From: a virus
Lineage: Duplodnaviria; Caudoviricetes
IMG/VR virus record: IMGVR_UViG_2907128583_000005
Span: 96,001-160,000 of that record
DNA length: 64,000 nt
Reading direction: 5' to 3' (one strand)
Shown here: piece after piece, positions 30,112 to 39,550 of the stretch
Layout: each line of letters starts with the position of its first letter
How positions within the stretch are numbered: position 1 is the first letter of the stretch
Position numbers and translations under genes: made by a program
Notes under the pieces: model-generated
Seen by the model: only the letters and a program-made list of their open reading frames with translations
The model's database searches: none
What the model was told of the DNA's origin: nothing

Positions 30112-30169
30112 ATGTGATACACTCCTTTATTAAAGAATTATAACACATAAATATAATAAATATACACGA

Positions 30170-30952
30170 TCATTTTTTCCTAAGTTTATCTAACAAATTG
30201 TGATTATTACCTTCCAAAACCAGAACTTTAGTCACATCTTTTAAGTCTTTTGTATTCATTAATTCGATTTTATTTAGAATTTCATTCTTTATTTTATTCT
30301 CACAAGTGATGCAGAATTTCTTTCCTTCAATAAAAAGAAACTGCGAATAACATCTTTCGTATTCACATACTTTTTCCCCAACTTTCTTTGGAGAAAATTC
30401 TGCTTTTTTCATTGCTTCTGTCCAACTCAACCCCTTATTGTTCATTGCACTAGAAGATGGTTTTAGTTTCAAACTATCATATTCTACTTTTGTTGGAATG
30501 TAACCTATTTTTTTAATGGAATTTTTTAAATCAACAATCATTGATTCAATGCTTGTATATTTGTTTTTCAAATTTACTTCAGCAGCTTTGCATATTTTCT
30601 CTATTCCAAAGTGGTCAGATATATACTCCCAAGCAGGCTCAAAATTACCAGCTTCATAATCCACTTTATCTACATACCCATTTAATACATTTAATAATTT
30701 GAAATTACTGATTGCTTTTATTCTGTTTTTTTCTAATAAGTATTCTTCTTTTGTTGGAATACCAGCTTTTTTCAAGAAATCTTTAAAATTTGTTTTAGCT
30801 TTTCTATTGTAGGTATCCCATGTAGTAGTTTTTTCTTTGTTTCTATAAAAATCAAAGAGTTCTACTGTGAGGTATCCTCCTGCTTGCTTTGCCGCCAACT
30901 TTGCTTCATTTATATATTTATTTTCAAGCTCCATATTCATGTTACAATTCAC
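30170..30952 (-). CDS. Homing-endonuclease-associated repeat DNA-binding protein
   Basis: GYIPTKVEY...SWTEAMKKAEF-type repeats; C-terminal Cys cluster. Confidence 0.55.
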   Translation of the reverse strand: MNCNMNMELENKYINEAKLAAKQAGGYLTVELFDFYRNKEKTTTWDTYNRKAKTNFKDFLKKAGIPTKEEYLLEKNRIKAISNFKLLNVLNGYVDKVDYEAGNFEPAWEYISDHFGIEKICKAAEVNLKNKYTSIESMIVDLKNSIKKIGYIPTKVEYDSLKLKPSSSAMNNKGLSWTEAMKKAEFSPKKVGEKVCEYERCYSQFLFIEGKKFCITCENKIKNEILNKIELMNTKDLKDVTKVLVLEGNNHNLLDKLRKK

Positions 30953-31422
30953 CTCTCAACAAAGTACCTGTTGGTCATATACCAAGCTTTACCCTTCACT
31001 GTATCAACCATACCCTTCTTGCTATCCAAGAATACAATATCTCCACATTCCTTACAGCCCCATTTATTCCTCTTGTACGCTGACTCTTCTATATAGGAAG
31101 CTCCACATTTACACTCTACCTGAATCAATACCTTGTGCTGGCTGTATGCATCTGCTAATTGCTCTTTAGCCTTACTTACTACTACTGGTTGCTGTATTGC
31201 TGCTACATATTCCCTTTGCTCAGAAAATTCATTATGTACTTTAAAATCTGCAACAAGCTCAGGATTCAATCCGAAGTATTCTTTACCAACTGTGGTTACA
31301 TATTTACTCCCAACACGATAAGATTCTATCCAGTCCTGTATTTGTTTCGTGGATAGGTTTACACTTCCTTTAATACCGCTATTTAGCGTGTAAGTCATAA
31401 CAAAGTAAAGATAAGTTCCCAT
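30949..31422 (-). CDS. Zn-ribbon hypothetical protein
   Basis: CKCG...CKECG. Confidence 0.65.
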   Translation of the reverse strand: MGTYLYFVMTYTLNSGIKGSVNLSTKQIQDWIESYRVGSKYVTTVGKEYFGLNPELVADFKVHNEFSEQREYVAAIQQPVVVSKAKEQLADAYSQHKVLIQVECKCGASYIEESAYKRNKWGCKECGDIVFLDSKKGMVDTVKGKAWYMTNRYFVER

Positions 31423-31533
31423 AATACACCCCCATCTAAATATACTATAAGCGATAATTATTATCAAAGAGTAAAAAAAATAAGCGTAGCACATATATGC
31501 ACGCTCATCATTAGATTATTATTTACTCTCAAG

Positions 31534-31917
31534 TTATACCTTTGTTACTAACTTTTCTTTCTCAAACTCATCAACAACGATCCTAAGTCTTATAAGATTC
31601 TTTTGCTTCTCTTTTTTATAATTCTTTATATGTAATTTTACTGCTTTTAAGGCTTTATTGAAATACTCTTTGTCATAATCATTATGAATATTCAACAAAT
31701 AGTATTTTGTTGCGTCTGCGGTAATCTTGCTCCTATATCCCTCACCCTTCATCATAGAACAAAAATCGGAGATATGAGACAGAGCTGTTCCTCTGTGCAT
31801 TCCTGATAACAGTGAAATGGAATTTAACGCAGAACCAAGATCCATCTCATTATGAAAAACCTTTCTAGAATATTCGTATGCGGTTTCAATCATTAGTCTT
31901 GTTATTATTTTCCCCAT
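31534..31917 (-). CDS. Hypothetical protein resembling the N-terminal domain of some HNH restriction nucleases
   Basis: AYEYSRKVF...GMHRGTA...MMKGEGY...ALKAVKLHI pattern; no HNH domain. Confidence 0.45.
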   Translation of the reverse strand: MGKIITRLMIETAYEYSRKVFHNEMDLGSALNSISLLSGMHRGTALSHISDFCSMMKGEGYRSKITADATKYYLLNIHNDYDKEYFNKALKAVKLHIKNYKKEKQKNLIRLRIVVDEFEKEKLVTKV

Positions 31918-31926
31918 TATTTTATA

Positions 31927-32139
31927 TCACTCCTCATTGTTGTGTTCTTCTATCCATTTAGCTATATCTAGGTTAGTTTTAACAACTTCATCTTTCTTAG
32001 TGTCCCATATGCGGAAACCATTTGCCATAAAGTTATTTAAATCGTTCGCTTCTTCTGCTTCAATATTTACAAATTTCCATGTCTTCAGGTTATGCTCTTT
32101 ATCATAGGCTGCTAATTTCATTAAACTATATCTTTTCAT
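31927..32139 (-). CDS. Hypothetical protein
   Basis: GAGGA RBS. Confidence 0.65.
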   Translation of the reverse strand: MKRYSLMKLAAYDKEHNLKTWKFVNIEAEEANDLNNFMANGFRIWDTKKDEVVKTNLDIAKWIEEHNNEE

Positions 32140-32205
32140 AGTAACATGTCCTCTAAAGTTGTATTTTTTACTGTTATTTCATTAAACAATCTGCTAGAAT
32201 AAAAT

Positions 32206-32318
32206 GACAAATACACCCTTCGCCCAAAATCATAAGGAGTGTATTTGTCTTGTTGTGTAGTGACACGAAATTCGTATCACCTGAGTTATATTATAGGGTT
32301 TATCTAATTTCGTGTCAA
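32206..32318 (-). promoter_or_regulatory. Consensus promoter TTGACA-N17-TATAAT (32290-32318), 12-bp inverted operator pair and leader hairpin
   Basis: TGACACGAAATT (32261) / AATTTCGTGTCA (32306); GACAAATACAC...GTGTATTTGTC (32206-32249). Confidence 0.7.
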
Positions 32319-32349
32319 CCCCTATTTGTAATTAATGGAGGAAATGTGT

Positions 32350-32559
32350 ATGTCTTGGGTTGACATCAATCTTAAAGCTATACTTAAAAAATTCGAAATA
32401 AGCGAAAGGGAAATTTCAAGAAGAACAGGTATCAGACAGGCTACAATCAATAACATGTGTAATAATGATGTTAAGCAAATTTCTTTAAAAAATATTTCTC
32501 TCTTGTGTGATGAACTAGGAATTGATATTTCAGAGTTGCTTACTTTAAATAGAAAATAA
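32350..32559 (+). CDS. XRE/Cro-like HTH regulator (YozG-type)
   Basis: SEREISRRTGIRQATIN...LCDELGIDISELL. Confidence 0.85.
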   Translation: MSWVDINLKAILKKFEISEREISRRTGIRQATINNMCNNDVKQISLKNISLLCDELGIDISELLTLNRK

Positions 32560-32598
32560 AAGAAGGATATTCCTTCTTTTATTTCACTCTCATCCTAC

Positions 32599-32988
32599 TT
32601 AGTTGATCCCCGCCACTACTTTATATGTACTGTTCAAACTTGATTCATATTCATGAGGAATACTTGCAACCTTACAAGCCAAATCTTTTTTGTCTAAAAC
32701 TCTCATCTGTTCAAACAATGCAACTGAATGTCTATCGAATCCACATTTATCTTTGTCTAAAAGTACATGAGTTGGAAGATTTCCTTTTTGAGTCTGTGCG
32801 GATAAAGGGACTACCATAACTACTGGAGAATATTTATTTCCAATATTGTTACTCATAACAATCACAGGTCTCTGTCCCTTTTGAATGTTTGTTTTTACTC
32901 CATTAGTTTCTCCTAGGTTTGCAATCCATACGTCCATTTTTTTTACTTCTCTCGTTACTCTTTCTACTGCTACCGCCATTATGTACAC
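32599..32988 (-). CDS. PemK/MazF family endoribonuclease, orphan
   Basis: QKGQRPVIVMSNNIGNKYSPVVMVVPLS, LPTHV, EQMRVLDK. Confidence 0.9.
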   Translation of the reverse strand: MYIMAVAVERVTREVKKMDVWIANLGETNGVKTNIQKGQRPVIVMSNNIGNKYSPVVMVVPLSAQTQKGNLPTHVLLDKDKCGFDRHSVALFEQMRVLDKKDLACKVASIPHEYESSLNSTYKVVAGIN

Positions 32989-33150
32989 GCTCCTTATAAT
33001 TGAAACTTGTTTATGTTGTTCTTATCGCTATCTTCGTATTATTCCTATTATATATAACTACACATTCTACTTTTAACTCTAACTATGTTTCTCATTTATT
33101 TACTCTCTATATTGGTAATTATACAAATAAAAATAATAAAAAACAATACG

Positions 33151-33162
33151 GAACGTTTGTTC
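33151..33162. promoter_or_regulatory. LexA/DinR SOS box between mazF and rsfA
   Basis: GAAC-gttt-GTTC abutting a minus-strand TTGACA. Confidence 0.65.
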
Positions 33163-33268
33163 TGTCAAGGAATTTAAACACCATGTATATATTCAGTCTT
33201 TTACTGCATAAATAACTTGACAACTGGATATACATAGCAATAAGGAATATTTATTGGGAGGAATATAG

Positions 33269-33790
33269 ATGCGACAAGACGCTTGGACTCAGCCTGAAGA
33301 TGATCTACTAGCCAAAACAGTGATAGCCAATATACGCAGCAACAAAACCCAATTAACCGCATTTCAGGAGGCTGGGAGAGAACTAAATCGTACAGCGGCA
33401 GCATGTGGTTTTCGCTGGAACAGTGCTTTGAGACATAACTATAGGAATGAAATAAAAGCAGCTAAAGAAGAAAGAATGAATAATAAGATAAATACAAAAA
33501 TAAGAAATACAAATACCAACACAGCTATGAAAGAAGACATAAAACATATGACAGAAATAGATAAAGCAATCGACGCACTAAATAACCTGCGATTGGAATT
33601 TCTAAATATGCAGGAAACAATTCGAATGCAAACAAATAAAATAAATGAGTTGAAAATCGAAATTAGTGATGGCAGAAAAGAAAGACCTATCGCAAGCGAG
33701 GATTTAGACACATTAATTAAAATTATACACAGAGCTGAGCAATTAGGGTTTCCAAAAACCATTGGACATAAAGAAGAACCTGCCATTTAA
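33269..33790 (+). CDS. RsfA/YlbO family sporulation transcription regulator
   Basis: RQDAWT..DDLLA..TQLTAF..RTAAACGFRWNS. Confidence 0.9.
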   Translation: MRQDAWTQPEDDLLAKTVIANIRSNKTQLTAFQEAGRELNRTAAACGFRWNSALRHNYRNEIKAAKEERMNNKINTKIRNTNTNTAMKEDIKHMTEIDKAIDALNNLRLEFLNMQETIRMQTNKINELKIEISDGRKERPIASEDLDTLIKIIHRAEQLGFPKTIGHKEEPAI

Positions 33791-34153
33791 TTGGCAGGCT
33801 TTTTAATAAAAATTATATTTTACTCACTATAAAACAAACTTTGTGGTGCGGTTATTTAGCTGCATCGTTCAGAGGTTGATTCAGCAGAGATCAATCAGCA
33901 ATTCGCTTGCCTTCAACCCTTCCCCAATACCAATTAGATATACAGCCTTCCTAAGTGCTTCTCTTGCCTTCTCGTCCACTATTGCTGCTTCCCCTTACTT
34001 GTATGTATTTTATCCATTGCACTCATGGAGGATGTGCTTAACGTGTTCCAACACATCCTCTAGTTTCTTACCACACTTCTCACAATACATTCTGCATTTC
34101 ACCTATCTTTTTAATTAAAACTACATTTCAACTGCCATCCATAAATATCTAAA

Positions 34154-34432
34154 TTAATCTTCTATAAACTTTTGTCTTTTTATACATTCTACATGCTTCT
34201 TATGTTGCTTCTTTTTCTCTTCGTCCCAAGGCTCATACTCTAAAATATTTTCAGACATATACAATCTTACTACTAATTTTCCATTTACCATTCTTTCTAC
34301 TACATATTTGTCCTTAACATCACAATAACCTTTTATCCATCCAATACTCGCACCTCTTACCCATATGCGTTGGTTATAGCTCCATTTATTTTGTTTAGAT
34401 TTTAAGTTATCTATTAGTCTATTTGATACCAA
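34154..34432 (-). CDS. Hypothetical protein
   Basis: ORF with RBS. Confidence 0.6.
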   Translation of the reverse strand: MVSNRLIDNLKSKQNKWSYNQRIWVRGASIGWIKGYCDVKDKYVVERMVNGKLVVRLYMSENILEYEPWDEEKKKQHKKHVECIKRQKFIED

Positions 34433-34466
34433 CCCATTTTTCTCCCTTCCGCTTAAGATATAAAGA

Positions 34467-34742
34467 TCAAGAGAGTATCACCAATTGCGTATCATTATGT
34501 CTAAGTTGTTCTTTGAACATGTCTAAGGTTTCTTTGTTTCTACTAATTCGGGTTACGTCGGTCACAATAACAGCGTCAACTTCTGATAGATTATTGGTAG
34601 CTAATTCTAAATCTACATCACTCGCTACTACAACAATGTGAACAAGATTGATACCTTCTGATATTGCATACTGATTTATTTTATTTTGCTGTTCGTCTAT
34701 GCTCCATTCGATAGACGATCTTACGATTGCCATAGCCTTCAT
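34467..34742 (-). CDS. Stand-alone serine-recombinase catalytic-like domain
   Basis: AIVRSS...SIDEQ...DAVIVTDVTRISRN. Confidence 0.7.
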   Translation of the reverse strand: MKAMAIVRSSIEWSIDEQQNKINQYAISEGINLVHIVVVASDVDLELATNNLSEVDAVIVTDVTRISRNKETLDMFKEQLRHNDTQLVILS

Positions 34743-34796
34743 GAATTAATACTCCTTTACTATTCGCATTAATATTGGACTAATCAAACTTGCATT

Positions 34797-35951
34797 TTAT
34801 AAAGCTTCTACCCAGTTTACGGCTATCTCAAAATCGTTAATTACTTTCTCGGTATCCCTCGCATTGGGCATGAGCGAAGAATGAGCAATCTTATGACGGT
34901 ATCTATTCCTGTGGGAATTAATGTTTGTCCAAAGAGTAGGATTGTTTCGTACCAGTGATTGCCCTGCCTTCTCATTCAATTGTCTGTCGCATCTCCTATA
35001 AAAATTAGTCTTTGTGCTGTCTAAGAAAGTATCAATTTCCGCTTGCGTGTTTCCATTCAAATACATTTTCTCAATGATTTTTTGTTCTACAGCAACCTCA
35101 AGAGCTGCGGAACTATTAATGATTGCTGAACGGTACTCTCCTCTTTCAGCAAGATTGCGAGCCATTATAATCAAATCTTTAGTAGGTGGAATATCGAAAC
35201 CATTTATAAGTCTTTCTTTTAATGTTTCAACATGATTACTATCGATCTCTGGTAACCATTTTTGATATGGCATCATGCTAGGTGCTTTTCCAGCATGCTT
35301 AATAGAATCATAATAATAACCATCGACAAACTGTCTCGATGTCGTCCCCTTAAGAGTATGCATAGTTGTAGTTTCGACAAAAAAATCATTTCGCAGATAA
35401 GAATATTGTTTTATGAATTGATTTAAAGCATTATGATAGGGATAAACTAATCTGCTAAGTTCATTCAATCTCCTATTAACAACGTAATCTATTTTTTCTT
35501 CTAAAACCTGATCTGTATTGTAGGTGCCAAATTCTGTTGTCGCCATTCTAGTTAAATCAATGGTATCAGTATATTTAATTCCTTCTCTTATCATTTTTGA
35601 TTTAATTTTATCAATCAAGTCGTCGTTCGTGACATTTAAATACAGTTCATCTTTTAATTCTAGTTCCTCCTCAATTGTACAACTAATATAACTTTTACAA
35701 GGTTCGAAAGCATAATTTGGAATACGATTATTGATTATGTAACTTTCCAATTCCGCTCTCTCACCTTCGATACACATGGCAGACTTTTTGCTACCAAAAG
35801 GATTAATATGTACTCTGAAAACATCATCACTTAATTTTAGGATAAAATCTTTCTCTTCTGTTGGGTTTAGTCTCGTTCTTACTGAATAATCTCCATTTGG
35901 AAGTTGAATCATAAATGGTAGCTCGTTTGTGAACTGAACCTTTAATTTCAT
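34797..35951 (-). CDS. HEPN-domain protein (putative RNase or defence protein)
   Basis: EYRSAIINSSAALE and C-terminal R-x4-H (RHKIAH). Confidence 0.6.
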   Translation of the reverse strand: MKLKVQFTNELPFMIQLPNGDYSVRTRLNPTEEKDFILKLSDDVFRVHINPFGSKKSAMCIEGERAELESYIINNRIPNYAFEPCKSYISCTIEEELELKDELYLNVTNDDLIDKIKSKMIREGIKYTDTIDLTRMATTEFGTYNTDQVLEEKIDYVVNRRLNELSRLVYPYHNALNQFIKQYSYLRNDFFVETTTMHTLKGTTSRQFVDGYYYDSIKHAGKAPSMMPYQKWLPEIDSNHVETLKERLINGFDIPPTKDLIIMARNLAERGEYRSAIINSSAALEVAVEQKIIEKMYLNGNTQAEIDTFLDSTKTNFYRRCDRQLNEKAGQSLVRNNPTLWTNINSHRNRYRHKIAHSSLMPNARDTEKVINDFEIAVNWVEAL

Positions 35952-35989
35952 TTTATTCTGGGTCTCCTCTCCATTATGAAACATGCCTT

Positions 35990-36355
35990 TTACCAGCTAC
36001 CAGAATACTTGTTCACCGTTATAGGATAATGATATATCTCAATATCCTCATCGATAAAACCTCTCCGCTGAGCAGCTAACAACGTTTCATGCATGTTCTT
36101 GCGTCCCACAGGGTTGTCTGTATGTAAATATATCTTATCAGCCCTCAATCCATGTTCACAGAAGTACTTCACCAAGTCATATCCGTTAGGCAGTTCTTTA
36201 CCATCTACGTCCTCTCCCAAATCATGGTCTAACGTAAGAATGCCGACACTTTTGGTTTCAAGGATATGTATTGCTTCATAGTATGTACGAGCCACCACAA
36301 AGCCATCTGGACAGTCTCTAAGATCGTCAACATACAGGTCAATCTTATCAGTCAC
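35990..36355 (-). CDS. Cyclic-phosphate-processing receiver-domain protein
   Basis: LYVDDLR, LDHDLG, GYD, HTDNPVGR. Confidence 0.8.
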   Translation of the reverse strand: MTDKIDLYVDDLRDCPDGFVVARTYYEAIHILETKSVGILTLDHDLGEDVDGKELPNGYDLVKYFCEHGLRADKIYLHTDNPVGRKNMHETLLAAQRRGFIDEDIEIYHYPITVNKYSGSW

Positions 36356-36386
36356 AGCTATGCTCCTTCCCTGTGAAACACATCTT

Positions 36387-36758
36387 TTACTTTAACTCAA
36401 AGGTATCCAATATAAATTTAACTTCGTCTGCTGAAATTGAAATTATTTTTCTCACACCTTCAACCTTTTCTTCTTCGTTTGCCATGATTACAACTATTCC
36501 TGTAAGTTGTTTGCCTTCAATCTCAATATTTGGTCTTTTGTCATCACTTAAAGCAGTAGGTACTGAGTGTACACTTAGACTTGTTCCTTTGATTGGCATT
36601 CCAATCGGATGGTTTCCTATAATTTCAGCTAGGCTATTAATGTGATTATCCATCCATCTAACATCAAATCCCAAGTCAGGATCTAAGACCATTATTCTTG
36701 TTTTCTCATAAACAGGTTTTTTCTTCTTGAACCAATTCATTTTCTTACCACCATTCAC
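36387..36758 (-). CDS. Hypothetical protein
   Basis: Stop in site arm. Confidence 0.6.
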   Translation of the reverse strand: MNGGKKMNWFKKKKPVYEKTRIMVLDPDLGFDVRWMDNHINSLAEIIGNHPIGMPIKGTSLSVHSVPTALSDDKRPNIEIEGKQLTGIVVIMANEEEKVEGVRKIISISADEVKFILDTFELK

Positions 36759-36773
36759 TTTTGAATAACCGTC

Positions 36774-37139
36774 TCACAAAGTTTCATCTGAACCTCCAAA
36801 TTTATCAAAAATATCTACTAAACTAATAGCAGAAACAATCGGATGTGTTTTTTCTTTATCTCCGGGCAAATAAACAATTTCATTATCGATTTTTTCTTGA
36901 ATTAGATTAATAAGAAGCTTGGCTCCAGCAACGTATATTTCATGTAAATTCCCGTCGATATCGTAGTTATAATCTTCACCACGTTTTGGAACTTTAAACT
37001 CTTCCAACAGATACTGAATATCACTAGATTCGAGTCCAATCTGTGATAGTCCATAGGTTAATCTAACAACTTTCGATTCAAATGGATGTGCAACCATTTC
37101 TCCATTTAAAATATGATATCCGTAAGGTGCTTCAGACAT
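36774..37139 (-). CDS. Protein beginning with a large-serine-recombinase recombinase-domain motif
   Basis: APYGY...G....P.E..VVR. Confidence 0.5.
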   Translation of the reverse strand: MSEAPYGYHILNGEMVAHPFESKVVRLTYGLSQIGLESSDIQYLLEEFKVPKRGEDYNYDIDGNLHEIYVAGAKLLINLIQEKIDNEIVYLPGDKEKTHPIVSAISLVDIFDKFGGSDETL

Positions 37140-37185
37140 ATGAGTACCTCTTTCCTTAAAATATTTTCAAGGTAAAACAGTCATT

Positions 37186-37808
37186 TCACACAAATTGAAT
37201 TGAGATTCCGTCTTCAGTTGTCTGAACGCTCACTGTTAACTCAACCAATTTATTCTCTTCTATCCTCTTTAGTATTTGTACTTCATCGTGTGTAAAATTT
37301 CCATCAATGAAGAGCTTAAACCTGTCCTGTCTCTCTTGAAGTTCATCTGCAAGGTATTCGTTTATTCCTTTTACTAAATCTTCAATTTTGTCCATCTTAT
37401 CAATCATTAGAAATTTATCTTCTAAATAAAGCATTCCCTTTGTGACAGGAACACCTTTATAATCAAAGAAAATATCACCTTTTTCTTTATTGAAGATCTC
37501 GGCCATTGCTATATTCTTTGTTGCTTTTCCTTTAACCAGTCTCATGTCTTCATCTCCTTATAAATTAGTTATTTCACGTAAATCTCTTTAATGTCAGTTG
37601 CTAAAGTTCCAATTAATAGTATCATATCTCTTTCTGTTAGTTTTTTATTTTCTTTTAGTAAGCTTAATATATTTTGAACGCATTCTTCAACCTTCATATC
37701 CTTGTAGTGATCTTGAGCCTTTTCGAGTTTTTCAATGGCTTCTTTTGCGTCATAAGATGCCATTGACATTCTAGCAAACCCCTCCAGAACCTTATCCTGT
37801 GCATTCAT
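37186..37808 (-). CDS. Two hypothetical ORFs (37186-37545, 37569-37808)
   Basis: Each bounded by junction sites. Confidence 0.65.
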
Positions 37809-38103
37809 ATTGTTACTCCTTCATTTTATGAATAAAATAAACCTTTTACTACAACATAATATATTGATTGCCATCATCCATGAAAGCCACCAACAATGAC
37901 TTCCTTTTAATAGTCCTAGCTTGAAAGGCGACAATGCGTGAAACATCTACTTCCATTTCCTTTTTAGTTGCTTCGTCGTATACGAATATCTTCTTTTTAT
38001 CCTGACTCATTCTGTATCACCTCTGCGCAATAGCGCAATATTCTTCAAACTCTACAATACTATGTTACTAGTTTCTTTACAATGTTTGCCTATCGATAAA
38101 TAA

Positions 38104-38148
38104 ATCATAACATATCTCTATACCATATTCAATATATTCATTATTTTT
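38104..38148 (-). promoter_or_regulatory. SigA promoter TTGAAT-N17-(TG)TATGAT with operator-like motif
   Basis: Motif TTCATTATTTTT at 38137. Confidence 0.65.
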
Positions 38149-38753
38149 GTTTATTAAAAAGACCACATTAACGTTATCTTTATTATGTATGTTTCAATAT
38201 TCTATGTTGTTCATATTGTTTCGCTGCTTCTTGTAATTCGATCCACTTGCCCTGATCATTCCTAACATACAGCTTATTATCTTTTAATGCCCCAGCTTTA
38301 AACATAATGATACTCACTCCCCGTTAAAGAACTATAGATGTTCACATTAGCAGAAAAAATACTCCAGTGATAGAAACGATCAATCAATACAAAACTCATT
38401 GCTTCTTTGGAACGTCCAGCGGTTTCGATTTCTTCTTTTACTTTTCCATCTACAACTATCATATATGTATCCATCTCAAATTCTCCTTTTATTATATTTT
38501 TATTCGTTAGACAGAGGTACTACTTGTTCCGTTGCTTCTGTAATATCTTCAGCATCATGCCAATTCTCAAACTTGACAGCTAGATCTACGTCATGCGTAT
38601 ATAGTTGACCGCGCTGTTCTTCCCAATCTGCTCTAAGGTATTTCTTCGTTTCTGTATTAATTACTGTAAACATATTTATTCCTCCGTTGTTATGTGAATT
38701 ATAGTTATTAAAAGACTTATTTTATCTGTAACATTTCCCTATTGCTGATAACA

Positions 38754-39149
38754 CTAACTCTTAACAAGCTTTTCAAAGTCATAAATAAATGACTCCATTT
38801 TTTTCTTATTGAATTGATAAAGTTTGTGTTCATTTAATGCTGGTCTATCTATAAAAATTGTGTTTTCTCGGATATGAAGATAGCCATTAGTGTCGAGTTC
38901 TTTGTCATAATATTCGTAATAGTCTGATCCTAAACTGTCGGCTCCCTTGGGAGATAAATTAGCCCAAGCTTCATTCGCAATCATTTTAATGTAGTTATAC
39001 AACTCTACGAAATCCTTAAGTTCAAAATTATATGTAACATTATATTTATTATTTATTTGGTTTTGATTCATTTCAAATATCACTGCTGATTTTCGATGTT
39101 TAACAATTAACTCTGTCCCGTTAGAACATGTAAAAACCCTAGTCTTCAT
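38754..39149 (-). CDS. Hypothetical protein
   Basis: AAGGAG RBS. Confidence 0.7.
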   Translation of the reverse strand: MKTRVFTCSNGTELIVKHRKSAVIFEMNQNQINNKYNVTYNFELKDFVELYNYIKMIANEAWANLSPKGADSLGSDYYEYYDKELDTNGYLHIRENTIFIDRPALNEHKLYQFNKKKMESFIYDFEKLVKS

Positions 39150-39250
39150 AATCTTCGCTCCTTCTTACTTGATTACATTCCAGTATTTGCATATCATACA
39201 AATAGATTAGTATAATTAAATTAATCTTAAATTGAGAAAGGAAAATATGA

Positions 39251-39505
39251 ATGGTAGTAAAAATCAAAAATTTGGGTTATGGATTAAGCGCACTATCCTT
39301 CGTTTATGCTATTTATGCATACTTCATCAAACATCTGCTAAGGGTTACTCCAGATACACGAGAATTTATGGGTTCTCAGATTAGCAATTCGCTTAATAAA
39401 GATTTAGTTCAAGCATTAAATGACTACACTGTGTCTATTCCATTTGCTTTTATTTTCTTAGCGATTGGTATAGCAATTATTTTTGCTAATAAATACTTTG
39501 ATTAA
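39251..39505 (+). CDS. Small 2-TM membrane protein
   Basis: Two hydrophobic helices; terminator 39506-39533. Confidence 0.7.
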   Translation: MVVKIKNLGYGLSALSFVYAIYAYFIKHLLRVTPDTREFMGSQISNSLNKDLVQALNDYTVSIPFAFIFLAIGIAIIFANKYFD

Positions 39506-39550
39506 GTTGCGACTTTTGGTCGCTTCTTTTTTTGTTATCAAATACTTCTT

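Noticed and set aside
25300-33800. Arbitrium aimR-aimP locus
   Set aside because: No HTH-TPR receptor or AimP-like signal peptide seen in this window; it could lie outside.
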